The notes below the pieces were generated by a model. It worked only from the letters and a program-made list of their open reading frames with translations. It was not told the DNA's origin and did no database searches. Source: Aureliella sp. (GTDB lineage Bacteria; Planctomycetota; Planctomycetia; Pirellulales; Pirellulaceae). From it: a stretch of 64,000 nt of DNA. A program made the translations under genes and the position numbers. The stretch covers positions 4,480,001 through 4,544,000 of the forward strand of contig OY829846.1 of the NCBI GenBank assembly GCA_963691875.1, read 5' to 3'. The stretch's first letter is position 1. Each line of letters begins with the position of its first letter. Positions 20,053 to 29,926 of this stretch are shown here, in pieces.

Positions 20053-20928
20053 CTATTCTTGATCGCTGAGTATGTTTCTGATCGGCGCGAACGAATGCTT
20101 TGTAATCATGCGTCTTAGTTTTTCAGAAGTCTTCCTTAAGTTCGCATAGTGCCTGAAGCGGCTCTTAGCACTGGCGCCTTGTATCTTGGGTTGGTTAGGA
20201 TCTATTTCCCAGGGGTGAATATAAAACATTCCCGGGCCGATGCTGTTGCGGACCTGCTCGATGGCACGGAGGGTCAAGGCAAGAGGAAACAGCCGGAAGT
20301 AGCCGCCACCAATGGGAACAGGTAGTGGGCCAAGTGAGCCGGAAGTCGGCGGGAATTCAATCAGTGATTCGTTTTCACGTTCGATCGTGTGGATGTGCTT
20401 CGGTGCATCGGGAAAGCCATATCGGTCATGGCCCTTGATCGGGAATATGCTGGAGTCCAGTGTAAAGCCCTGTTCGATCAGAATGTCTAAAGCCCATTCC
20501 GATCTGGGGGTAATCGAAAAGCTGGGAGCTCGATAGGCCGTAGCTTCGGCACCACAGGCATTGGCGATGGCATCTTTGCTGTCGGATATGTCTTTCGCAA
20601 ATTCTTCTGGTGTGAGGTCGTACACGAGCTGGTGCCAGTAGCCATGAGAGGCGATTTCGTGTCCAGCGGCGTGTATGCGCTTGACGAGGCCCGGGTAACG
20701 CTCGGCGACCCAGCCGAGGATGAAAAACGTCCCTTGTACCGAGGCCTGATCGAAGATCTCAAGGATGCGATCCGTGTTGGCTTCTACACGGCACTCGTAC
20801 TTATCCCAGTCTTGAAGCGTGACTCGATCGGCAAACGCCGACACCTGGAAATAGTCTTCGACGTCAACCGTCAGGGCGTTTGGAACACCGGCCGTGAGGG
20901 GGAGCGATGGTAGAGAAGTTGGCGGCAA
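20053..20928 (-). CDS. Exosortase-system polysaccharide deacetylase (CE4 + DUF3473)
   Basis: NALTVDVEDYFQV, TFFILGWVAER, HEIASHGYWH, YRAPSFSI, GGGYFRLFP, YIHPWEIDP. Confidence 0.92.
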   Translation of the reverse strand: MPPTSLPSLPLTAGVPNALTVDVEDYFQVSAFADRVTLQDWDKYECRVEANTDRILEIFDQASVQGTFFILGWVAERYPGLVKRIHAAGHEIASHGYWHQLVYDLTPEEFAKDISDSKDAIANACGAEATAYRAPSFSITPRSEWALDILIEQGFTLDSSIFPIKGHDRYGFPDAPKHIHTIERENESLIEFPPTSGSLGPLPVPIGGGYFRLFPLALTLRAIEQVRNSIGPGMFYIHPWEIDPNQPKIQGASAKSRFRHYANLRKTSEKLRRMITKHSFAPIRNILSDQE

Positions 20929-21113
20929 AGGTTCAGAAAGAGAAATGGAGCGGGAACGTTGGGGGAATGCCGCAAAGAGAGTAGAAACCAGGTCTCAGTA
21001 ATGCGGGCTGTATGGTGTCAAATCGCAGTGGGACGTCAGGGGGTTCATTAAAAAATAAGCTTTGCGAGTGTGTTTGGGATAAATGCAGGACTACGAATCT
21101 GAAGGACTCTTGG

Positions 21114-21992
21114 CTAGCGAGGCTTGATGTTCTGACTCGGAGGTAAGGGCTTGCCAGGACTCCAGAGTTGCGATTCCTTTACCTCGAATTCGTAATCGAC
21201 TTTCTCTAAGTCTTCAATTTCGATTCGCTCGGCCAGATGCATCATCTCCATGACTTTCTGTCCTTTGAGACCAAACATTCTTAGGAGAGTAGCGGCCATG
21301 ATGCGTAGATCCAGGATGTGGTTGGCGCGTCCAATGTATCTCAGGTCCAGGATTTGCTTGCGGCGAGTAATGTTGACGTTGGTGTCAGGCTCAATATTGA
21401 CCTGAGAGAGTCCCGTTACACCTGGCTTTACGTTGTGCCGGAGATGGTAGCCGGGTATTAGTTGTTCTAGGAATATCGTGATTTCAGGTCTTTCTGGCCG
21501 CGGTCCAACAAGCGACATGTGTCCACAGGCTACATTCCACAGCTGGGGAAGCTCATCGAGGTGTAGCTTGCGAAGAAAATTGCCAATTCTTGTTTTGCGA
21601 GGATCATCCTTTCCACTACTCCATGCAACGCCGGAAGCTTCCGCATCAACGCGCATTGTTCGCAGCTTAATAAGCTGAAACTTCTTTCCCCCAATCCCGA
21701 CGCGGGTTTGCCGGTAGAAGCCAGGGCCCCGCGAGGTGAGTTTGACAAGCACCCAGCCAACAACGATTAGCAGCGAGCCTGGAACGAGAAGTGCGCTTCC
21801 AACTACTCTTTCGAGTACGTACTTGCGTCTGAAAAACGCACAAGGTACCTCTTCACGTGATGGATTATGGGCTTTCATCAGCCCAGTTAGCTCATCGGGA
21901 ACGGGGTAGTGCCAGCTCTCTAACACTGGAGCCCGATTGGCCGGACTTAGTTCGTTCGAGTCAGAGATATCTTCTATTAGGTTTGTCGACAT
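21114..21992 (-). CDS. Priming sugar (phosphoglycosyl) transferase, short form
   Basis: FYRQTRVG, KLRTM, DPRKTRIGNFLRKLHLDELPQLWNV, MSLVGPRPERP, VKPGVTGLSQV. Confidence 0.92.
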   Translation of the reverse strand: MSTNLIEDISDSNELSPANRAPVLESWHYPVPDELTGLMKAHNPSREEVPCAFFRRKYVLERVVGSALLVPGSLLIVVGWVLVKLTSRGPGFYRQTRVGIGGKKFQLIKLRTMRVDAEASGVAWSSGKDDPRKTRIGNFLRKLHLDELPQLWNVACGHMSLVGPRPERPEITIFLEQLIPGYHLRHNVKPGVTGLSQVNIEPDTNVNITRRKQILDLRYIGRANHILDLRIMAATLLRMFGLKGQKVMEMMHLAERIEIEDLEKVDYEFEVKESQLWSPGKPLPPSQNIKPR

Positions 21993-22076
21993 CTGAGGGC
22001 TTTCGGGCAGTGATGTGTTCTCAGGAAGTGCGAAATATCAGGAGAGAGCCCTGCGCTGGAAGTGAGCAGCGCAATG

Positions 22077-22730
22077 TTAGTTGATATTTTCTATGCGAGA
22101 TTGCAGTTCAGGGATTAGTTCTCGGAAGAACTCGAGTGTGATTGACTCTTGTCCATCAGCTGTAGGTGGGCCAGCTAGCTGGATCTTGTAAAGATTTTCG
22201 GTAAGCCAGAATCGAGGGTTGTCTGCAGCTACCCATTCTTCGCCAACACTCCAAGCGTAGAGAACTTCTAGTTTTGGTTGATTGTCTTGGCTGTCTGCGA
22301 AAGACACCGTCCAGATGGAGTGATTGACCGAGTCCAATGGCACGATTTCTTTTCTGGTTGGTCCTGACTGCTTTGTACCGCGGCCTGTGTAGCAAACCTC
22401 TGGAGTGTGAACTGCGATGGGGCCACGCCTACCAAACATCACTGCAAAGTTGACTCGATTGCCTGTGTCAATGTTTTCATAAACACGATTCGTTGAGCCA
22501 AAGCAACGCAGCATATCTTGTGCGTTCTCGGGAAGGGGAGTCTCTTCTATTAGTTCCCATTGACCAATACGCTCCGGTAACGAATTGAGCTTGCCACCGA
22601 TTTCGGTCAGCTTGGGAGCAACCGACCAGCGGCCGTCCAGGCGACCGTGGACAACACCCGATAAAATTGTTGCGAGTACACATCCGACGGCACTGGCTGT
22701 GAACCCTTTGTTTAGTTTTGATTGGGACAT
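22077..22730 (-). CDS. epsI: Exosortase-associated EpsI family protein
   Basis: N-terminal membrane anchor, LPERIGQWE, VHTPEVCYTGRG signature; same locus as exosortase. Confidence 0.8.
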   Translation of the reverse strand: MSQSKLNKGFTASAVGCVLATILSGVVHGRLDGRWSVAPKLTEIGGKLNSLPERIGQWELIEETPLPENAQDMLRCFGSTNRVYENIDTGNRVNFAVMFGRRGPIAVHTPEVCYTGRGTKQSGPTRKEIVPLDSVNHSIWTVSFADSQDNQPKLEVLYAWSVGEEWVAADNPRFWLTENLYKIQLAGPPTADGQESITLEFFRELIPELQSRIENIN

Positions 22731-22733
22731 GCT

Positions 22734-25700
22734 TTACTTGCTCCCCTTGGCTTCTAGCTTTTTCTTCAGCGTTTCATAGAGTTCTATATCATCTTCGGTC
22801 ATCGACATTCGCTTGAGTCTGCCGTGCGGGATTTTGTTCCAATTCTTCCTAGCACCCGCAAGATCGTCCGATTCCAACTGGACGTTCACTAAGTGAATTC
22901 GGAAGGTTGGATTGTTGCTAAGTAAAGTTGCTTCCTCAAAAGCCTTCTCAGCCTCTTTAAATTGCCCAAGGGCTTGGTGGACACTACCCTTGGTGTCGAT
23001 TAATTCTGGGTTGCGACCAAAATTGTCGATTGCGTGGTTGATCTTTCTAAGGGCTTCCGGCTTGCGGGTTCTTGAGCGCGAAAGAGCTATGGCCAAGTTA
23101 TTCAAGACTCTAATGCTGTTCTTGTCTTCGAGGCTTCTGATAGCTGCTTCGTAAAGCTCAATGGCCCTGTCGTAGTTCTTCCGCATCAACTCAAGTGTTG
23201 CCAGCGATTCGTATAGGAGGGGGGTGTTCGGGTGTACTTTGAGAGCGTTGTCGAGAATGTCCTGTGCGCCTTGTGGTAGTTCTCGTTTGTGGTCCAGGAG
23301 TGCGATTTCAGATATCAAAGCTGCTACTCCTGCATCAGGCTTGCGGGCATAGTTTTCTGTGCAGAGTGCCAAAGCTCGATCGTATTTCTTTGCCTGAGTT
23401 AGCCCGATTACTAGCAGCTTGTACTGAGAAGGATCGGCTTGGTAAATGCGTTCAAGCCAAACCAGGGACTGAGTGGCAAATCCCATATCAACCAGTGTCT
23501 TACCAGCGATCGCCCATACCTTCTGCTCTCCGAAGGACTCAAGTTCGCCAATGTTGTCAATCCATTTCTTCGCGGCTTTCGCCGCCAGCTCAGCGGCCAT
23601 TTCCGGATTGCCCTCGAGTTCGGCCTTAAGTTGGTTTAGGCGAATTTCCAGCCGTAGTGAGGCCATGGACGACCCCGATTGTTCTTCAAGTGCTCGAATG
23701 ACCCGCTCTGCCTTCTCGACTAAATCGTTGGCTTCCCGTTCTTGGTCCTTCTGGTATCGTGCAAAACCGGCCGCAGTTAGGAGCTGCGCATACTTGGCAT
23801 AGTCATCAGGCGTTGCTTCAGGCGAACGCAGAATCTCTTGTTGGATACTCGAGGATCTTTGGAAATACTCAATGGTCTTCGGAGATTTGACGTCGAGTGC
23901 ATCCCTTTGCCAGAGCGACGCAAAATGTCTGGCGAGGAGTCGTTTTGCGTTAACACCTGCAGCATCTGTGCGTTCGGACAACTTAGTGAGTTCTGTTGCG
24001 GCCTCCTTTTGACGTGCGGCATTGCCTTTAATCAAAGCAATCTGAGCTCTAAGTAACTTAGTTTGTGTAGTACTTGTTGCTTCGTCTCGAGTAAGCAGCC
24101 TGTCGATTTCTTCCCAAGGAGCTTCATCCTCGCTATTAATCGCTAGCGTCAGGGCAAGGTTTTCTGCAATGACTGTGTTATCGGGGTAAGCACGATTGGC
24201 AGATCGCAAAGCACCGATTGCTTTTTCGTTGTCGCCAAGTCGCATGTGGAGCCTGTAAAGCAGGAGATAGGCTTCCGCGTTCTTGCGGTCGAGTTGCAAG
24301 AGCCGATCCACACACTTTTGGGTCTCGGCAAACTCGCCGAGGCCGAAGTAGGTCTTTCCTGCCATCAGCAGCCGCTCCTCAATTGGAGCTTTGTCACTGC
24401 TTATAATTTGGTCGATCTCGGCTTCGATGGCGGCGCGGTCATCGTTGGCGAAATGTGCGGCAAGCCTGCGAGACTTGACCATCAGCCATCGCCGACTGGA
24501 ATTAGTGGCATTGACTAGCTTCTCGGCCTCATCTAACGCTTTCTTCGCTGCAGCGCGATATTCGGCTTCCAGATTTTTATCAGGCGTTTGCGCGGCCATT
24601 AGGTTGTTGAGCCGGGAGATAACTAGCAAGGGGCCAGTATCCCCTTTTCGCTTGGCAGCAGACAGTTCGGCGTATCGCAAAGCCTCCAGGTAGTCCCCTT
24701 GGCGTTCAGCTAGGCTGGCGGACAAAGAGTCCAGAGCAATTACGTCTTCCGAGACGCCAGCCATCTGTTGGATAAGCTGTTCTGCCTCTTCCGTTTTTCC
24801 AGTGCTGAGAAACACTTCTGCCAGTTTCAGCCGCGTGCGGATGGACTGGTCGCCATTTCGGATCGCGCGATTGTAATATCGAATCGCTTCGCGTGAGAAG
24901 CCTTGTCGTCGCGAGACATCACCACCGAGAGCAGCAGCAAGTCCCCAGCGAGGCCGGCTAATCAAAACGGTGCGGAGCGAGTCAGCGGCTTGCTCAAGGA
25001 TTTTCCCAGGATTTTTATTTTCAGCAGCGGCGCGGTCTGCTTTGGCGAGAAGTTGTTGGATTTCAACAAACCTCCAATGCGAACCTTCCTCGCCCTCTAT
25101 GTCCTTAAGTTCCTTAATACAGCCTTCGAAATCAAACTCGAAATCAGGGTAGTTCGAATCGGCCTGTAGGGCAGTGGCTAGAGTGGCAATTTGAACAAGG
25201 AGTTTAACCGAGGGACGACCGTCTTCAGCCTCAGGTACCGCATTGAGAAGCTCGAATGCATCGAGCCCCCGCTTCGATTGAATCGCCAAATTTGCCCCAG
25301 ATTGGGCAAGAATGAGTGCCTCGTCGCGATCGGCAGACTCCATCCCTTCGCGGATGAAATTGATGGCTGCATCAATATCTTGCTGTGCTGCTTGGTATCG
25401 AGCGTTGGATAGAACCTTCACTAGCGTTAGGTTGGCGGCAGTGTCCTCGGGAAGTTTTTCGAGCCGATCCAAAGCCACCTTGGCAGTTTCAAAATCGCGT
25501 TCCTGCGAGAAAATGGAGACTAGGCGAGACTGTAAATCGGCGGAGTCTGGATATTGTTCGCCAAGCTCCTTCAACGTAGCCGACATTCTGGCTTTTTCGG
25601 CGATTGCCTGAGCCGTTTCTTCTTCGCTGGGTGCGCCTTGCTGTTTTTCGCGCCTTCGAACTTGCCGTTCATAGTTTGGCATCAGAGCTTCGAACATGGC

Positions 25701-27605
25701 AACTTGCCAAGCCTGTTTTTTGATTTCGGGGTCGTCCGATGCTTCTAGGCGTTTTCGGGCCTCAGCAAGTTTTTGCTTGACGGCGTAGGTGTTCGATTCG
25801 CCGATTGGCTTGCTTGCTTCCAGCGTTGCCGAAAGTCTCGCTGCTTGAATAGCAGATGCGAAGGATCCATCGTCAAGCGATTCGCCAACTTGGGCAGCTC
25901 GAGTCATAAAGCCGGCACGCATCCAGCAATCTGTGCTTGCCTCTCGCAATTTCCTGTTCTCTGGATCCATGCTGATGCAGGTGTCCAGTGTCTCACCAGC
26001 CAAGTCAAAGAGTTGCTGAAGGGAGTAGACATTCGCGAGAAAACCTCCAACGTTGACACGCTGGGGATTTGATAGGGGAAGCTTGCTTTCAAAGCACCTC
26101 CTCAGGACGCCCGTGGCCTCCGGTAGACGCTTCTCAAGAATCAGAAGTCTGCCCTGAAGTACTTGGCTTTGCCAATCGGCAAGTTTCAGTTCGTTCCGCA
26201 GAGTCTCTCGTTGACTGGTCGTAAAGTTTGCACCTTCTGTACCATTAAGGCGGTTCATCTGGTTGCTAATCGTAGTGCTGTAGAGCTCGATGGTCTCGCG
26301 TGCGTCGGCCAAGGTGTCCTGCGAGCCAATATAAGTTTCAGCCAACATTCGTAGGAGCGTCCTGCTTTCACTGATGGCTGCCAAACCCTTTTTGAGTGTC
26401 TCGATTGCTGGTTTAGTATCTTCTTGTTGCAGCTGAGTTTCTGTGAGAAGTCCATAGGTGCTTTCTCGAAGTTGCCTTGGGACTTGGCTGCCATCAAGAT
26501 CTACCAGCTGGGCAAGGATATCTCTGGCAGCTGTATAGTCATTGTTCTGAATCTTTTGGTAGCCGTCTGTGAGTACTAACTGCCAGCTCCAGTAGAGTTC
26601 GAACTGAGTTAGCGGACCGTCGGTCGGCAGAAGGGAATTGTCTTTCTCGTCTTCCTGCTGTTCTTCAAGTTGTTCCGTTATTGCTTCGACACGAGCGAGT
26701 GCCCTAGGGGTGGCTTCCTTGAGTAAAGCCTCAGCCCTGGCTTTATTACGATCCAAGTAGTAAGCAATCGCCGCATACTGAGCTTCGGAATTCTCAATGT
26801 ACTCCGAAAGCATGTTAGCAGTCTGACTTGCTATTTTTTCAAGGCGACTTCTGTCCGCTTGGCCATCTGGTGAATCGAACCATTCTGGATTGTCCAGGCA
26901 AATGCTTGTTAGGAGTCGACCTACCATCGCATCGTCACGATTGGCCTCGTAAGCTGCGAGGAGGACATCACCAGTTGTTTGGTTGGCCTGCCAGTTCCAG
27001 AAGTCCTCTCGTTTATCAAATTTCCCAGGGTTTCGAATTTGGTATACGCTTGCACGTCTTTGTGCTGCAAGGCTCTTGGCTAGCCAGATCATCGCTTCTG
27101 AATCATTGGGTTCTGGATCTAGAAGGATTATTTGGCGTTCGGCCTCACTTGCCCAAATACCTCCGAGGAGAACGAGGCGTTGAATCAGCCTACGACGGAG
27201 TTCGTCACGTTTCTTGTTGTCTTCAACCGAATTGCCAAGAGTTCCAATGGCAGATGAAAGATACTTTCGAGCTCTGAGAAGACTTGGCCCGTCCTTGACT
27301 TGGTCATCCAGCGAAACAGCGAATTCGTACATGGCTTCGGTATTGCTGGGCACAAGGGCCACATAGCGTTTTAGCCATTTGGCGTGCTCCTTGTAATCGC
27401 CCGCCTCTTTGGCCTCTTTCGCTTTGGTGAGCATGCTGGCAGCGATGCGTTCAGACTGTAGCCAATAGCTCACTCCACCGATCGAGGAGACGACGATGAT
27501 TGAGACAACGGCGATAGTCAGCAGCTTCATATTCCACTCCCAGGTGACACGACGGTCGGGGCGTGGATTGACAGCCTGAGAGCTGGGGCTAATTGTGGGA
27601 CCCAT
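22734..27605 (-). CDS. Giant (1623 aa) membrane-anchored TPR protein
   Basis: N-terminal hydrophobic segment then helical TPR-like repeats (e.g. EAIRYYNRAIR, VLNNLAIAL, LIDTKGSVHQALGQFKEAEKAFEEA). Confidence 0.85.
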   Translation of the reverse strand: MGPTISPSSQAVNPRPDRRVTWEWNMKLLTIAVVSIIVVSSIGGVSYWLQSERIAASMLTKAKEAKEAGDYKEHAKWLKRYVALVPSNTEAMYEFAVSLDDQVKDGPSLLRARKYLSSAIGTLGNSVEDNKKRDELRRRLIQRLVLLGGIWASEAERQIILLDPEPNDSEAMIWLAKSLAAQRRASVYQIRNPGKFDKREDFWNWQANQTTGDVLLAAYEANRDDAMVGRLLTSICLDNPEWFDSPDGQADRSRLEKIASQTANMLSEYIENSEAQYAAIAYYLDRNKARAEALLKEATPRALARVEAITEQLEEQQEDEKDNSLLPTDGPLTQFELYWSWQLVLTDGYQKIQNNDYTAARDILAQLVDLDGSQVPRQLRESTYGLLTETQLQQEDTKPAIETLKKGLAAISESRTLLRMLAETYIGSQDTLADARETIELYSTTISNQMNRLNGTEGANFTTSQRETLRNELKLADWQSQVLQGRLLILEKRLPEATGVLRRCFESKLPLSNPQRVNVGGFLANVYSLQQLFDLAGETLDTCISMDPENRKLREASTDCWMRAGFMTRAAQVGESLDDGSFASAIQAARLSATLEASKPIGESNTYAVKQKLAEARKRLEASDDPEIKKQAWQVAMFEALMPNYERQVRRREKQQGAPSEEETAQAIAEKARMSATLKELGEQYPDSADLQSRLVSIFSQERDFETAKVALDRLEKLPEDTAANLTLVKVLSNARYQAAQQDIDAAINFIREGMESADRDEALILAQSGANLAIQSKRGLDAFELLNAVPEAEDGRPSVKLLVQIATLATALQADSNYPDFEFDFEGCIKELKDIEGEEGSHWRFVEIQQLLAKADRAAAENKNPGKILEQAADSLRTVLISRPRWGLAAALGGDVSRRQGFSREAIRYYNRAIRNGDQSIRTRLKLAEVFLSTGKTEEAEQLIQQMAGVSEDVIALDSLSASLAERQGDYLEALRYAELSAAKRKGDTGPLLVISRLNNLMAAQTPDKNLEAEYRAAAKKALDEAEKLVNATNSSRRWLMVKSRRLAAHFANDDRAAIEAEIDQIISSDKAPIEERLLMAGKTYFGLGEFAETQKCVDRLLQLDRKNAEAYLLLYRLHMRLGDNEKAIGALRSANRAYPDNTVIAENLALTLAINSEDEAPWEEIDRLLTRDEATSTTQTKLLRAQIALIKGNAARQKEAATELTKLSERTDAAGVNAKRLLARHFASLWQRDALDVKSPKTIEYFQRSSSIQQEILRSPEATPDDYAKYAQLLTAAGFARYQKDQEREANDLVEKAERVIRALEEQSGSSMASLRLEIRLNQLKAELEGNPEMAAELAAKAAKKWIDNIGELESFGEQKVWAIAGKTLVDMGFATQSLVWLERIYQADPSQYKLLVIGLTQAKKYDRALALCTENYARKPDAGVAALISEIALLDHKRELPQGAQDILDNALKVHPNTPLLYESLATLELMRKNYDRAIELYEAAIRSLEDKNSIRVLNNLAIALSRSRTRKPEALRKINHAIDNFGRNPELIDTKGSVHQALGQFKEAEKAFEEATLLSNNPTFRIHLVNVQLESDDLAGARKNWNKIPHGRLKRMSMTEDDIELYETLKKKLEAKGSK

Positions 27606-27703
27606 AACTAGTACGGTACTTCCGCAGGTGTTCTTTGGTGTGAAGAGAGCAGGGCAGACTCTATCAAGAGTCGTTCAGAAAATAGGGCAGGAGAGTACGT
27701 GGG

Positions 27704-29836
27704 CTAGGCGGACTGAGCGTCGAGTTGATAACGGTAGTGGCCATAGCGATAAGCGTATTCGCGGAAGGGGACTCCGCTAAATACAGTGCCAATGACATTC
27801 GAACCAGATGCTTCTAGTCGACGGTGAGTTCTCAAAACGTGGTCTGTGCGGCTGACATCTCGCATCGCGCAAAGGAGCGTAGCATCGGCAGCTGCAGTGA
27901 CCGCCAGTGATTCTGCAGCTGGCAAAATTGGAGCTGTGTCAACCATGATGTATTGGTATCGTTCCTTTAGTTCCTCGAACAAATCATGCATCGTGTTCTT
28001 AGTCAGAAGGTGGTGTGGGTTGAGATCAAGGCGACCAGCGGGTATCACATGCACCAAATCACCGAGGCTCTTGTCGATTGATTGGTCGAGCGAGCTGCGG
28101 TTACTGAGCAGTTTGACCAAGCCTGGCTCGTAATCCAATCCAAGAAGTTCGTGCTGATCGGGACTTCGGAGGTCTGCATCTACTAGGAGAACCGTTTCGC
28201 CCGTCGACTTGGCCAGCGAGATGGCGAGTTGTGAGGCAACACTACTCTTACCCTCGGATGGCATCGCGCTAGTGACTACAATGGTCCGGACCTGCTCGAT
28301 CTGGAACAGTAAGTTGGCTCGGAGTGCGTCGATGCTTTCCTCAAAGAGCTGGTGGCGTCTGCCTACTTCAGCACCCCCTGGGATTTTGGCAATTTCACCC
28401 ATGATCGGGGCGAGGCTCGCCGCTTCCATGGCTTCCGCAGTCGTTAGTCGCTTGTAGCGAAACTCAAGCAGTATGGCGAAAGCAAATGGAAGCATGAACA
28501 AGGCCCCAGATGCAAGCATGATCATCTTCCAGGGAATCTCCTCATTGGGGAATGATGGAGCGGTCGCTTCGGCGAGTGTTCGGATACTCGCGCCACGACC
28601 TTGCTCCGCATCAATCATATTGCTTCGGTTTTGTAGCTGGCTGAGAATTTCCGCCGACTGTGCATACTCTTCCTTCGCAAAGAAGATGTTAGCTGTTTCG
28701 CCTGATAGGCTTTCAATTCGTCCCTTCTCTTCGTCATAATCCTTTTCGTACGCAGCCTTGCGAGACTGGATGCTAAACAGCTCCATCTCGACCCGTTGAC
28801 GTTCTGATCTGGACGAAGCTTGGGAGCTTTTTGCCATGGAGTTCAAGTAGCTTTTGCGTCCGGCCTCTTCTGCCAAAGCTTGAGCTCGAGATTCTTTTTC
28901 TTTCGCGTCTCGCAGTTTGCTTTGGAGTCTTTCGACCTGCTGATCTAAGTTGAGGTTGGTATTGCTCAGCTCATACTGCCGAATCTTTGCTTGAATCTGA
29001 GTTACCTCGGTCCGGGCCTCTCTCACTGCTGGATCGGAATCGACGTAAGGGCGAATTAGAAGAGGATCAATCTCTATCTCTTCCTCTTGTTCGCTAGGCC
29101 CACTTTCGTTTAATGCCTTTAGCCTCGATTGAGCAACAATCTCCTCTGCGCCAAGTTCAGCTAGCTGTACTCGCAGTACAGCAAGCCTTGAAGAGTCCGA
29201 CTCCACTGCACTGTTAGGTTTGAAGGGGTCATAACCCTGAGCCTCCTTCGTTAGTTCACTAAGTTCTTGCCGCTTGTTCTCTACATTCAGCTTCCAGATA
29301 CGTATTGGCTCGTTGAGCCATTCTTTGATTTCGTTCATTCGCTGGTCATCTCTTTCCGAGCGGATGCGAAGGTATTGCTCCACGATTGCATTACAAATCC
29401 TAGCAGCATACTCGGCGTCTGAATCTTCATATGAAACGGTAAGCAATTCGGTGGAACCGCCATTACCGATATTGATACGTTTGCGGAGTTCACGTTCTAG
29501 GGTGAGGGGATTCGAAAGGCTTGGGGCTCCTCGCAGTTCGCGAAGCTCTAAGACAGGGTTTAGAACTGACGCGTGGGTGATCAGGTTCTTTTCTGACTTG
29601 GCTAGATCGCGAGATTGCTCATGCATCCTTGAATCCAACACAAAGTCACGGTTGGCTCTCAGAAAATGAGTTGCGACGTAGGTTGGTTCAAATGTGGCTT
29701 GTACGCCCAGCGCACCGAGTGCTGCGAGGACTAGTCCAACCGGGATTACCCAGCCCCAGTGTCGGCGGAATGCGATCCAGAGAATCCAGGGATCAAAGGC
29801 AACGTTATCTTGTTTTGTTTTCGCTTGCTGATTCAT
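27704..29836 (-). CDS. wzc: Wzc polysaccharide co-polymerase / BY tyrosine kinase
   Basis: Two membrane segments around a coiled region, Walker A SAMPSEGKS, A' LLVDADLR, B IMVDTAP, Tyr-rich tail YAYRYGHYRY. Confidence 0.92.
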   Translation of the reverse strand: MNQQAKTKQDNVAFDPWILWIAFRRHWGWVIPVGLVLAALGALGVQATFEPTYVATHFLRANRDFVLDSRMHEQSRDLAKSEKNLITHASVLNPVLELRELRGAPSLSNPLTLERELRKRINIGNGGSTELLTVSYEDSDAEYAARICNAIVEQYLRIRSERDDQRMNEIKEWLNEPIRIWKLNVENKRQELSELTKEAQGYDPFKPNSAVESDSSRLAVLRVQLAELGAEEIVAQSRLKALNESGPSEQEEEIEIDPLLIRPYVDSDPAVREARTEVTQIQAKIRQYELSNTNLNLDQQVERLQSKLRDAKEKESRAQALAEEAGRKSYLNSMAKSSQASSRSERQRVEMELFSIQSRKAAYEKDYDEEKGRIESLSGETANIFFAKEEYAQSAEILSQLQNRSNMIDAEQGRGASIRTLAEATAPSFPNEEIPWKMIMLASGALFMLPFAFAILLEFRYKRLTTAEAMEAASLAPIMGEIAKIPGGAEVGRRHQLFEESIDALRANLLFQIEQVRTIVVTSAMPSEGKSSVASQLAISLAKSTGETVLLVDADLRSPDQHELLGLDYEPGLVKLLSNRSSLDQSIDKSLGDLVHVIPAGRLDLNPHHLLTKNTMHDLFEELKERYQYIMVDTAPILPAAESLAVTAAADATLLCAMRDVSRTDHVLRTHRRLEASGSNVIGTVFSGVPFREYAYRYGHYRYQLDAQSA

Positions 29837-29926
29837 TTAATTAGGTGAGTTTCTTGGGCGTTCAGACTCGATGGATGAAATTCTCACCCTAGCCATTGAT
29901 TGAAAAAAAACAACAACTTGACTTCC

